Source: Lytechinus pictus
Taxonomy: Eukaryota
Assembly: GCF_037042905.1 (NCBI RefSeq)
Contig: NC_087245.1
Coordinates: 24,678,001-24,742,000 of the forward strand
Direction of reading: 5' to 3'
Length of the DNA: 64,000 nucleotides
Shown one piece after another: positions 27,101-40,347 of this stretch. Position 1 is the first letter of the stretch. Every line of letters begins with the position of its first letter. The notes under the pieces are model-generated. The model worked only from the letters and a program-made list of their open reading frames with translations, had not been told where the DNA came from and did not search any database. The translations under genes and the position numbers were made by a program.

Positions 27101-30100
27101 TGGACCCTCTGAAGACGTTGCATCTGTGAGGAGTTGATTCCATACAAGAGTGAATTTGCATAGTCAAGACGTGACAATTCAATGGCTCGAATAGCATGTT
27201 CACATACATTGGCAGTTATGTAGGGTCTAATGCGGGCTATGTACGAAAGCTGACAATGAAGTCCCCGACAAAGTGCTGAAACTTGTTTATCCATTTTCAG
27301 AGTCGAATCCAACTCAACACCCAGACTCTGAGCATGAGACACTGGAAGGATGTTCATACCGGACAACGTGAGAGAGACATCTGCTACATATTGCCGGGCT
27401 TGTGGGTAGAAACTACAAGAAATTCAGTCTTGTCACAATTAAGTTTCAACATATTGGCAGCCATCCATTCCTGTAGATTTTCAACACATTTTGTGAGTGA
27501 TTGAAGAGCTTGACTCAATGATTCAGGACTTCTAGGATCAGCAAATGTATAAAGAGAGACATCATCTGCATATGAGTGATAACATACTCCATCGTATTGT
27601 TTGATAATATCCGACATTGGCAGTGTGTACATGCTGAAAAGTCGCGGTCCAATTACCGATCCTTGCGGAACGCCATACTGAAGCGACTTCGGTGAAGACA
27701 GTTCACAAGTAACTTTACATCTGCTGGTACGACCTGACAGGTAAGAAGTGAACCAGGAATGAGCATTACCCGTGATGCTGAACACTTCAGACAGACGATT
27801 GAGGAGAATGTTATAATACACAGGATCAAACGCAGATGAAAGGTAAAGGAGAAGAACAAATGCATGTCTATAGCCTGAAGGATATCATTCTCTATCCCCA
27901 ACAGGGCTGTCTCTTTGCTGTAATGTTTACGATAGGCCGACTAATAATCAGAGTTGAGCTGATTCAACTCTAAGTGTTCTGAGAGCTGACTAAGAACTGT
28001 TTTTTCGATCACCTTAGACAAAAAAGGTAGATTCGATACCGGGCGATAGTTTTTCAGATCGTCTCGATCCAAAGTTGGTTTCTTGATGAGAGGCGTGACA
28101 ACAGCATCCTTCAATGGTGATGGAAACTGCCCAGAGTTCAGTGACGTTTCGACAATTGACACAATGTATGGAACAAATATGTCAATATTCTCCTTCACCA
28201 ACCACACAGGAACAGGGTCGAGTGAGCAAGATTTGTTTGGCGATGACATGATAATCTTCCTGACTGCATCGGCTGACACAGGTACAAAGAATGATAGCTC
28301 TCCTCCACTTGCGGCAGGATTTTCTCCAGGGTGGAGATCTTCCGAAACAGGCGGAGTAGGATCGGTTGAGGGAGAAACTGATTATAAAGCCTCCCTTATC
28401 AGTGCAAATTTACTGCTAAAATAAGTGGCAAATCTGTTGGAGAGATCTTCAGCAGACGCATGTACTGGATGGATTTTCGGAGACCTGTCCAAGAACACAT
28501 TCAGAGCGCCAAATATTTTCTTAGCATCAGCATCACTCAATTGGTCATTGTAGAATAATGACTTTGCTTGTTTGACAAGGTTCTCTATCGTGTGGATCTG
28601 GTTTAGGTATTTATCGCGATTATCAGTGGTGCGATTCTTAGACCACACCTTTTCAAGTCTTCGTCTAGTACGTCTCGCTTCATAAATCTCATCATTATAC
28701 CATGGAGGATGAAAACAAAATTTGTGGGTCCTTTTGGTGGCTGGACACAGGGTATCCAGTACTGTAGAGATTGCATTGTTGTAAAATGTACCCTGTTCAT
28801 CTGCAGTACCTTGAAAAGGAAAGTCCACAAATGCTTCAGCTATCTCAGATCATAGAGAATCCTTGTTGAGGCTACGAAAATTACGGGAAACAGATGTCAC
28901 ATTCTGTAACTTTGGTTTTGCCACGTCAAGTACACAGTAAAAAAAAAAGATGATCAGAATAGAACTTCTCTCGAATCCAGCAGGACTTCACAAAGGAATC
29001 CTCATTGTCCTTAGAAATAATCAGATCGAGCGTATGACCACACCTGTGGGTAGGGCCCTGGATGTGTTGGCAAAGGCCAGCTTCATCAAGAGATGAGAGA
29101 AGCTGCATTGCCTCAGGTTTACTTGGGATGTCTACATGAATATTGTAATCTCCGAGTAAAAGGACATGGGACGAACTTGCAGAAAGTTCTTTTACAAGTT
29201 CATCAAAATCAGCTAAGAATTCACTAGTTTTGAGGGAATTCCGCATATAGAATGAGGTGGTCTGTAGACAACCACATAGCAATTAACCATCCGTGATGGA
29301 TCGGTAACACCGATATGCTCATAAGTATCATGTCTCAGCTCAAGTTTGATGACAGACAGGATGAGCTGAGTTTTTCTCATTGATCACCACTGGATCCTCA
29401 CTTTTCAAACATGTTTCAGTCAGAAACATGATGTCAACGTTGTTTTCTAAGATGTAATCAGTCAGAAGGAATGTTTTTTTCCTGAGTGAATGACAATTCC
29501 ATAGATGAACATTAAGTTTATCATACTTCTCTCTTTTAACAGGCACTAGATTATCAGAGGTAGCTTTTATTTTGTAAGATGGCAGCCTTCTACTAGAGCT
29601 CACGATTACAGGGATTGTGTCGTCATTCCCTCGATTGTACATATATTGATCCTTTACGTACTTCTTTGTATAACCATTTACAATCCTTTCTTGAATATGC
29701 CGTCCACCTCTCCTACCTCTCATTCGACATATACCCAACTCCTTGATACGAGTATAAGTATCAGGTGATAGATGACAAGATCTTGGCTCTGGCGGAGAGA
29801 GTACATAGCTTGCATAGTATAACATACATGCTTGTCATGTCCATTGGCAAAGGAGCTAGACTTGACACTACTAGGCATTGAAAGCGTGCGCCCATCCATT
29901 GTCACTGTATTCATTATGTGTCCATTATCTATTGTCCAATGTGTGAATTGAACAACAGCAGCTCTCTCAACTGTAATCCCATCAAATACACCAGTTAAAC
30001 AGTCCAAACTTGGGCAGAAAACATAGTGATATTACTCCAATACAGAATGATGAACAGCTGTCAAATTTGTCCAGGATGTTGACAACAACTACCCAAACCG

Positions 30101-33100
30101 AATTGCCAACCGAATGATCTTGTGCTACGGTGACATAAAAATTATGATAGAATTCTGGGATCGTAAAGATTTGCAGATGGAGCTCACTTTTTACGGCTTT
30201 CTTACTGCGTTCGTTTGATTCCAAGATACTCGAGAATGCCTTGAGTACTTCTTACGTCAACCGTACGGCCGTCGTATGACTCTGTGCACTCCCTTTGTCT
30301 AGGCCCCAGGGGGTTATTGTCCTCGGGGATAATTGTTCCCGGTGGTAATTGCCCTCGGGGGTAATTTTCCGGGGGTAATTATCCGAGGGATAATAATTGC
30401 CCTTGGGGTAATTGGCCGGGGGGTAATTGTCCGGGGGGTATTTGTCCAGCGGGTAGTTGTCCTGATAAGGGTAAAATCATCACTGGTTGATTATTATGTT
30501 AATCCCAAAAATTTCATGTCTTAGAACATGTAAGATATATATAATAAGATGGGGAGGAGGAAAAAGGCAACGAATAATAATAATAACGATAATAACAATA
30601 AGAAGAAGAAGAAGAGGAGGAGGAAGGAGGAGGAGGAGAAGGAGAAAGAAGAAGAACAAGGAGAAGAAGAAGAAGAAGAAGAAGAAGAAGAAGAAGAGGA
30701 GGAGGAAAAAGAAGCATGAAGAAAAACTTAATCACCAATTTCCCTTTATCCCTTTTCTCCTCCCCTTTACTATTTAAAAAGAAATGGAACAGGTGGCAGT
30801 TGCTCATCTGCATGTCCCCCCCCCCCCCCCTCCCCTCTGGAGGTGCCGAACCTAACTTAATGCATAATTGCTAAATTTAGACAAAACTTAGCTTTTCAAA
30901 AGCCTTACTTCTCCTATTTGACATATAATTTTGCTATTTTATTCAGTATTATGCTGGTTCGGTTTTACAAACTATTTTGCTGTTTGGTTGACTTAGCTTT
31001 ATTTACCTGCCCCTTAATTAATACAATTTTTTACAATTATTTTTGCTGCAGTGGTGTTACAGCGGGCACTGTCGTACATCTATCGGGGGCATTCCCGACC
31101 CCGTAGACGGTGGATGGGGGGACTGGACGGAGGACTTCACCCCTTGTTCTCGTACATGTGGTACAGGTGTCACTTACAGACGACGACCATGTGATAACCC
31201 TGCCCCTCGTTATGGCGGCAAAGCTTGTGAAGGCCCGATGTATATCATGCACACTTGCAATGAGAATGTAAGGCATTCATGTTTTTAAAATCTTTCTTTA
31301 AAGTTGTAACCACCCCCCCCCCCCCCCTCAGTGAAAAGTTATGAAAAATGTAGTTTGCCTGTTTAAAAAAAAATAACTGCACATTATTCAATAATATTGT
31401 TGAAATGTTTAAAATGCAAAGTCTTTATGGATAATTACTGCAATTAAGTGCTTTCCGCATTATTTTTACAGAGAAGATTATTAATTTCTTTAGTTTCATA
31501 ATGGCGAAGCACGAGCTGAAATTTTGTTAGATATTGATCTGAAATACGATACGTTACTTCGCTTAACAATAATACAATCGAGAAGCATGAGCGGACTTTT
31601 TATTATGGTTAGTGACCTAAAAGATTTGATATTCTGTCAATTTTTTCCTCTGTACTTTTCTTACTCCTTTTGTTTGTCCACTTCTTGTACTTACCTTCCT
31701 TTTCTCCTTTTCTCCTTTTAACCCCCCCCCCCCTTGCGCCGCCAAATAAAGGGTGGGGCGCTTCGCCAGTGTGCACAAGTGAGCAGAGATCTCATCAAAA
31801 TTTTATGCTGGCCGTCCCTCTCACGTCCCTGCTCCGAAGTAACGATCCACCAATGTATTGTTTAACATGCACGGATATAAAGAAACATCTTCACTCTTAA
31901 CCAATAAGATAACTGGGTTGTTTCTCACTCTTATCACAATATAAATATTGAATGTGCGAATAATTGATTCCCTCATTGTCGTACTGCCAAAGATGTGCAT
32001 ACCACTGTTTTGTGTAAAGTAAGATAATTATAAATTTATCATTTTTTAATCTTTAAAAATGGCTAGTGAAAATATTTCTAATGAAATTTTATTTTCATGC
32101 TTCTTTGTATTTATCTCTAGATATAAGTCACATGTTTATTTTTCTTGGGGTTGACTTAATGTACCCTTAAAGTGCTAAAATTAAGCTGTAATTTTTATTG
32201 TCTTGGTAGCCTTGTCCAGGGATCGAAAGTGCAGACGATTACAGACGAAGGGAATGCTCCAAGTCCAATTCTATTGTATACAAATATCGCACGTTTGAAT
32301 GGTCCACGGAAACGGATGGCAATATTTTAGGTAAAAATTATTGAGAACAAATTAAGCTTAAAGAAGTTAAAATCCAAACCATTTCACTTCATATTTTATT
32401 AATCATTTCATAAACATTTTCTTTTATTTTCCTAAGAAAATTAGATTTGAAAGACTTTGGATAGTTATTTATTGATCACTGGAGTACAAAATGGGGGGGG
32501 GGGGGCTTCTGGGCCTGGACCCCAATATTTTCAAAAACAGGAAACAAGGAGAAAATGAAAAAAGGGGATGATGAAATAATTTTGTGATTATGTTCAAATT
32601 TGTAACAAAATCAGATTTTGAAGCAACAAGGTCGATTTTTTTGCTCGCTTGCATCTTTGATAAATGTTGCCACATGTGCTATGTCTGACCCCTTCAAATC
32701 TTTGAGGTCATTATGCTGCTATGATTGATTGTCTTCTTCTTCCTCTTTTCTTCTTTTCGCCTGTTTTCTGCCCCTTTCCCCCTCCCACTTCTCTTACCCT
32801 TTTTCTTTAAGGGTACAATGCCTAATCCTGAATGAATGTTGCATGTTAGTTGGTCTTGCTTTTATTTTCTTTCTTGTTTGTTCATGTTAGATGATTGGCT
32901 GTGCATTTTGAAATGTACAGCGAAAATAGGAAGTTATGTGCTCGAGCATGTCCGACCCCCATATAAAGTATCGGGTGGAACTAAGTGCTGGAGTGATGAA
33001 CCAGATGAGCTAAGACGAACTCGAAGATGTGTCAATAACGAATGCAAAGTGAGAAATAATAATAATAAAGCATTTACCAACGAACGATTTTATCATAATA

Positions 33101-36100
33101 ATGTGAGCAATTTTAGGTTTTGTTGTTTTGGAACTTGGACGTGATCTTTATTATTAAAAAACACATCAAAAACGTTGTTGTTGTTGATGATGTTTTGTCC
33201 AAGCGCCTTTTTTATTGCTATTTTGATAAATTAACCGTATATAAATCAACAATATCTATAATTCAACCTCCTCAGCAAAAATATAGTATTAATTCTAGGC
33301 CCATGCCATTACCGGCTGCTTAAATCTAATTACTTTCAACACGAATACCCTGAATAACTTCATTTTAGTAAATACAGTTCAATCTATTTATTTTCAGTCA
33401 GACTGCAGGTCCCAAGAAAGTGGCTTCTTTCATCCAAGTGATATTCATGACTTGAGATGTTTTGCATATTTAATGAGCTTGATGCGACCCAAAACACCTC
33501 TTTTCATTCGGTCATTGCTGCTTTAATTATGCATCGAATTTCATGAATTTGGTACCATTGTAAAGAAGAAGAATTATTCTTTCAGGTCATGTGTTTGGAT
33601 TTATTCAAAGATTTTGTAATATAGGTTAAAATTGTGATCTAAAATATGCTACAAAATAAATATTTTCACCTGACAAAAGCTGCTATTTTCACACTTTATT
33701 TTTGTTTGAGCCCAAATGATATTTATATCATGATAAAGCTGAATATGTATGCTTTGAAATGATATAGGTTTCAAAATAAGAATTGGTTTAATCGGGTCAA
33801 GATCACACTTTTCATTTGCCAAGTACATAAAGCAGCTTGAAAACAAGTATACTGCACTCTGATTGGTCAAAAAGACCACACAATGGCAAATTCCAACGGT
33901 TCCAGTGCCTGGGTTCGTGGGAAGGTCACACTTCCCATGTGGTAATCTCCTCAAATACCCCGCGCCTGTTGTTCTGTGAACCTTATCCAGCCAATCAGAA
34001 CTCTGGATTTCATGCAAGTACAAAATTTCAGAAATCTCGTCTTGTACCTTGGTGGGAAAAGTGTGATCTTGACCCGATTAAAAGTTGCCGCATATCAAGA
34101 GTGGCATTGTGAGAAAGTACAGAAGTTCAGCTTTATGGTGATATAGATATCATTGAGGCTCAAAATAAAAAGTTTTGCACAATTTGCAAAAGAAAACAGA
34201 GGAAGAAAATTCAGTTTTGAGGCACAATTTCAGGCCAGAAATTTACTTATTTAACAAAATATTGTAAACAAAATAAATGACTAATGTGAAAGAGTAACTT
34301 TTACTCTATCTGATGGTGCAATAATATTTCATTTAACTTGAGGTTAAAACAGGTAAATTCTTAGAGAAAGAAAATCTCACGAATCACGAGATTTTGCAAG
34401 GAGGAGGATTCAGCCACGAGATGATCTGGATGAATCTGGCCTTTTTGCTCATTAGCATAGGGACCTGCGGTCTGACTGTTTTCTCAGCATGAAAATGATG
34501 TTTACATGAATAAACAAATAACATGGTTCCGGCTCAATCTATTTTTTTTGTCAGCTTGAAAATGATTTGTGCAGGAATAAACAGATACCATTTATTATAG
34601 ATAACAAACGGAAACCAAAGAAAATTTTAGAAAAAAAAGCTTGTAGTTCCCAGAAAATTAATATAAAATACAAAGCCATGATAACATCATTAAATGGTAA
34701 TTTATTACATTTCAAACCCATTATGCCATAGGAGTTTGGGTGTGATGGGGTATATGGATCGGGTAAATTATTGGATAATTGTGGTGTTTGCGATGGGACT
34801 GGAAGGACATGCAAACGGGTGCATGGAGCACTCCTTGAGAGGATGCCAGTAAGAAAAATGAGTAAGTTCCAGCATCATCTCTATCTGTTTCTACCAGTGG
34901 CGTACAGAGGGGGGGGGGGGCTTGGGGCGCTCGTCCCCCCACAAATAGTAATAACGGCAAAAAAGGAAAAGGAAAGAGAGAAGGGTGAAATATAATATTA
35001 TTTTCCGAACGAACATTATGTCAAAATCTATCACAAAATTGGATATCTGTAATTAAAATGTCGAAATTTTTGCTCGCTCGTTTTGCTCGCTAGCAACTTT
35101 TTGATAAAAATTGCCCGATACGCCATATCTAGCCCCCTCATTTTTTTAGCTCAATACTCCACTGGTTTTTACCAATTCTTTTGCTAATATTTTCTTGTTA
35201 TATCGTTTAGAAGATAAATGTTTGAATTGTGAGATTGCGAATTTTATAACTGACAAAACGCTTGTAACTGTAAAGACAATGAAAATTACTAAATAAACAC
35301 TGGAAATAATTATAATGCATATTGTTGAACATAAGGATGATTATACATTATTAAGAATATGATTTATGGATTAATATGAAGGGATACAAAGTTTAAATAC
35401 CTCTTTGATATAATTTTTTATATTTTGATTAAGGAGAGTTCCAAAACTGTATACCATTGTTATTGGAGTTTCAAAGTTGATTGTAATAGCATGTCCATGA
35501 AGCCATGATTATTTTGATAACACGGATTTACAATGGCAGCAGGGTATCAATTTTGTGCCACGGGTATGGTGCGCTATTTGTCCCATAAAGGCGAACACTA
35601 ATTTTATCGCCGTTATGGGACAAATGGTGCGCCATAAATGAGGCCGCAGAAGTAACCCTGGAACTTTTCTCCTATCCCCAAGGATATTGGAGGTGGTTGG
35701 AGATACCCGTTGGAGTTATAGGGGTGAATATAACAAACATCGATGCCTTCAATCAAGGTTTGGGTGAGTAACCTTTTAAGGTAAACTGCAATTCAAAAGC
35801 TTACCAACGAACGTAGAGGGCAGCAACACACAGCAGTGTTGCCGCCCTCTACGGTTGTTGGTAAGCTTTTGAATAAAACAGAAAATTGAGAACAACAATT
35901 AACGTTTATCATGTTTATAAAGATTAGCCGAAATCTATCATAGAATATCAATATTCCCATGGGTGAGCGGAGTCAGGAGCGTTGCTAGATATTGTTACAG
36001 GGACAGAGTTTGGGCCATCGCGAGATATTTCTAAAAATGGATTCATGTCTGTTCCCGAATATTTTTTTTTTCAATTTTGGGTTAACGGCCCCGCCCCTCC

Positions 36101-37910
36101 CCATTACTTCTTGATATGTAAGGATTCATTTTAAGAAACGTGATTTAGTTAGTAATAACCATTTTCTAAACAATGAAGAATGAAAATCCAAACTTGTATA
36201 ATAAGGATGGTAGATGGTTAAGTGAATATGCCAAAGTAAGAACAGCAATTAATCAACATTGGTTCAAATGCATAAAAGAAAATGAACAAACAAATGAACG
36301 GATTTAAATAGGCAAATACAGTTTACGTACTCTACTGTGAAAATTGTAAAAACACGAAGTAAGCGTAGAGTGTGTTAAATTGAAACAAATTTATAATGAT
36401 CTCTTGACTATAAAAAAGAAGACGTCTAGAGCAATATGTTACTGGAATAAATTTTTTAACCCGAATCCTGCGACGAATTGGAAATCACTTTGGTTATATA
36501 AGTTAAAATATGTTCGTGATAATTCTCTCATTCAATTTAATTTTAGTTCCATCAAAATTGTTTAAATAGAATTTGAAAGACTCTGATATTTGTAATTATT
36601 GTGACCAAAAGGGAGATTTAATGCATGCATTTTTCTTTTGTGATTCAGTTAAACAATTTTGGAATACTGTAGAAATAGTTATACGAAACATCTGTTGTAA
36701 ATTTTTTGTGTTTTCACCTCAGTTTTCCGTATTTAACTTAGTTACAAAGATAGAAAATATCAATGATATAAGATTATTTATCAACTACTCACTTTTTTTC
36801 TATTTATAGAGCCGCAATTATACATATAAGAAACAAAAATGCGACACATACATAATATTTTGAAAAATTATTCGTCTTTATTGTTAAGAGATCGTATAGA
36901 GGTAGAAACAAACAAAAGCAAAACAAATAATGAGATAAATATTGAGTTGTGGAAAAGGGTCCTCGGAGGATTGTAATTCCTTTTTAATTCAATTCATTGT
37001 TGTCATCGTATTCCGACAATTTGTATTGTTTTCCTTGTTTGTACCTTAAATTTTAGTATACAGTTTTTTTTTGTTTTCATTTGAAAAAAGGAAATTTTGT
37101 AATAGCCCGTAATTTTTATGTGGATTTGATATGTAATAAATGAGAACAGAAATGGTATAAAGAGAAAAAAGAAACGTAAGGGGCGTTTATACACAAGAAA
37201 AATTTATTTGGATCACGATCCAAATTTCGATTTTCGATTTTAAATTCGAGAGAAGGTTTACACACACCCACACATGCGGTGCTCAACAAATTATCGCGAT
37301 TATTATTAACAAAAAACCGCAAGAACTATACGAATTAAATCGTGGTTAGGACCGCGACATTTCTAGGATTTATTTTGTCAACAGTAATCGAATTTCAAAT
37401 TCACTTTTGCCATGTCTGCCGTATCTATGAGGACCTATCCATTATTATTGGATGTAGTAACTTAAGTGAGATAAAAATTATTGTGTAGCTTAAATCTCCA
37501 AGCTGCCCTACTGCTTCGAAATTTTGTAAAGGTTGAACAAAAATGTCCGCCGGGAATCGAACCTGAAATTCAAAATTTATGTTTTCATTCTCGTTTTCAG
37601 TTCTGATGGTTGATGGACGAACCATTTTTCGCCCGACTGCTTTGAAAAGACAGAATGCTAAACGATTTACCTTGCATAATATGTTAATTCTCTTGCAAAA
37701 TAAATATATGAAATGGGAAAAACTGTGGATTCTTTCTGGACCAACGACTAAGCCGATATTTCTTGATCTTCTAAATGAACATTTTATTATCAAATCAAAT
37801 GCCGAAATTCGTGCGAACCCAACAATATTCTACGAGTGGTATGAACCGATCAACATGACTGTCTCTTATTAGTGAGTATGTAGTATTTACACTGAAATAT
37901 ATATATATAT

Positions 37911-37961
<51 letters not shown>

Positions 37962-40295
37962 AGTACATGTATAACTTCACACATTTGTATACTTTCTCCC
38001 ATACGTGTACTGTATCAAAGCAATAGCTTTGATCCGGCTGAGGCATGGCGGCTTGTCATTGTTCAAAACCCACCTTCACCCGACAAAGGAAATTATAATT
38101 GCTATGGTGTCGAAAATCTGTCTATCTGACGGTCAATCGGATCGGGGTCGCCCTAGCCACTAACCCGTCTCTGTGGTCTAGTGGTTAAGGCACCGGCGCA
38201 CAGTGGGCCAGAATGAATCCAAACTGCGCCAAAACCCATTATTCACACATTTGTAAGATTAAAGTTGGTAGAAAGGGGTAAATTCACCCGTAGAATTCAA
38301 TGAAAGTATTTTCAAATATTGATGACGTCGTCAAAATACCGTTTTCTGATTGGCTGTTAACATTTGAGAAGAAATTACATGTTTCTAATTCTACAATAGG
38401 TTTCAAATTTTCAGAAACTAGTTTTAGAGAAATTTCAGCAATAATTTAGCATATTAGCAAACAGCAAACACACAAACAGGCAAACAAACAAGAAAAGTCT
38501 GTGCTCGGGGTACAAACAATTCAATTGGTGACTTGAGTATCGTTTAAAGAGGGCGCCCTACCATGAATCCGGAATTGTAAAATTCAAAGTGAAATTGTAA
38601 AAAAAAATGCAAATGAGTATTTTCATTCCCTGGGTACAGTAATTAACCACACCTATATGATTTTTAACAACTTTTTTATTACAATATCAAATTTCGTGAT
38701 CGATTTTGACATAATATTAAGAAAATAGTATCATATTTTACTTTCTACCTTTCCTTTTATTTCCTTTCCACTTTTTTTTCTTGGTCATGATTTTTTTTCA
38801 ATTGGGGGGGGGGGGGCATCCCCGAGCCCCCGCCCATCTGTATGGCACTGTTCAAAAGGCACCATAACCTTTGTAGCACACAATGAAAGGATTTGAGAGA
38901 AAAATACACTCTCTCCCATACTTCGGTTGAAAAAATTGTTTTTGCTTGAAGAAGGAATATTCACAGCTAAAAGAGAACATATTTGAAAGAAACAACAACA
39001 ATTCAAGCAAATAAAAAGATTTTAAAATGAATTTCGACCGCATAATTTGAAAGTTATGGCAAAGATAATGAAAAGGTTAAGAGGAAGTCTGCTGATTAGC
39101 AAGAAGTCCGATCATCATATTTATAATTTAGATTTTGGCGCAAGCCTCCTTTTTAGCCCCAGACAAAAACATTCCGTTATTCGCTCAAGCATGAACGAAA
39201 CTAATTTTTTAATGGCATTTGAAAGATAAGACTTCAGAGCACCTATACCAAATATAGACATCATAATTTGAAACAAAAAGACGTTTCAAATCTGTCCCGT
39301 TTTTGATACACACTGTATAGTTAGTGGAAGTGGAAATGAAAGCTTGTCTTTATGTAGGTTTAACGAAAATATTTTAGGTAGATACCAGTCACAAGAGCCA
39401 AACACTTGAGCCAGACATTCATGGTCATTTCAACCATTTAATGTAAACATTGGATTGCCCCTACCCGTCTCCTCCCCCTTCCCTCTCTCTCTCTCTCTCC
39501 CAGCACGCGACGGGGATTTGTTTATTATGTGACCCGCAATTATTTTTTGACGTTTGGCTGGTCTACTACATAATGGGACATTAACTTTGAACGATTTTTG
39601 TGATAAATACGGCGAACATGTGGTTGGAAAATTGGTTATATCTCCAGAAAATGCACGTTTCTGCAGCTAAATTTGGTATCAATGTAAAGCATGAACTATA
39701 ACAAAGACCGTCATGGTATTTATAGCGCAGCAATCGGCAGCAATTTGTAAAAGAAATGCTCATGAAAAAAAATTGCTAAAACCCCCCCATTGTCAAATAG
39801 TTTCGTCCAAAATTACCTCTGAAGGGATTATCATTTTATCTTGAAAATATTCGATCACTTAAAACAATTATTCATCAATAAGCACCGTGAATTGGAAATA
39901 CATTAAGCAATTCGTTTTGTTAAAACAGTGAAATATCTAAAAACGTGTCATTTACACATGCGGTAGCAGTAAAGAGTCATTTGCCGGTAATATTGAATAA
40001 AATTGGCAACTAATAATCAATTTCATGGAGAAATATTGTATGGAGACATTCTACAGGTTCTTATCTTTGCTTAGAACATGAAAAAAACAAAATTTGTTTC
40101 ATGACCAAAAACCAGTTTTGGCGCACTTTTGCTCTATCCTGGCCCACTGTGCGGCGTTCAAAGCTGGGGGCCCGGGTTCGATTCCCGGCAGAGACATTTT
40201 TTCGGCATCACCAATTTTTCCAAAAGGGTAGATAGCTCTGGGGAACCTTGATTTAAGCTACGCCTACCATTGTTCTCTTCATCCATTTCTTTCAC

Positions 40296-40347
<52 letters not shown>

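Noticed and set aside
30487..30813. Poly-Lys/Arg and poly-Leu ORFs
   Set aside because: (GAA)n microsatellite
38167..40196. tRNA-Sec call, or a tRNA intron
   Set aside because: No long variable arm; the insert has TIRs and a TSD and lies between positions 32 and 33, not at the canonical 37/38 intron site
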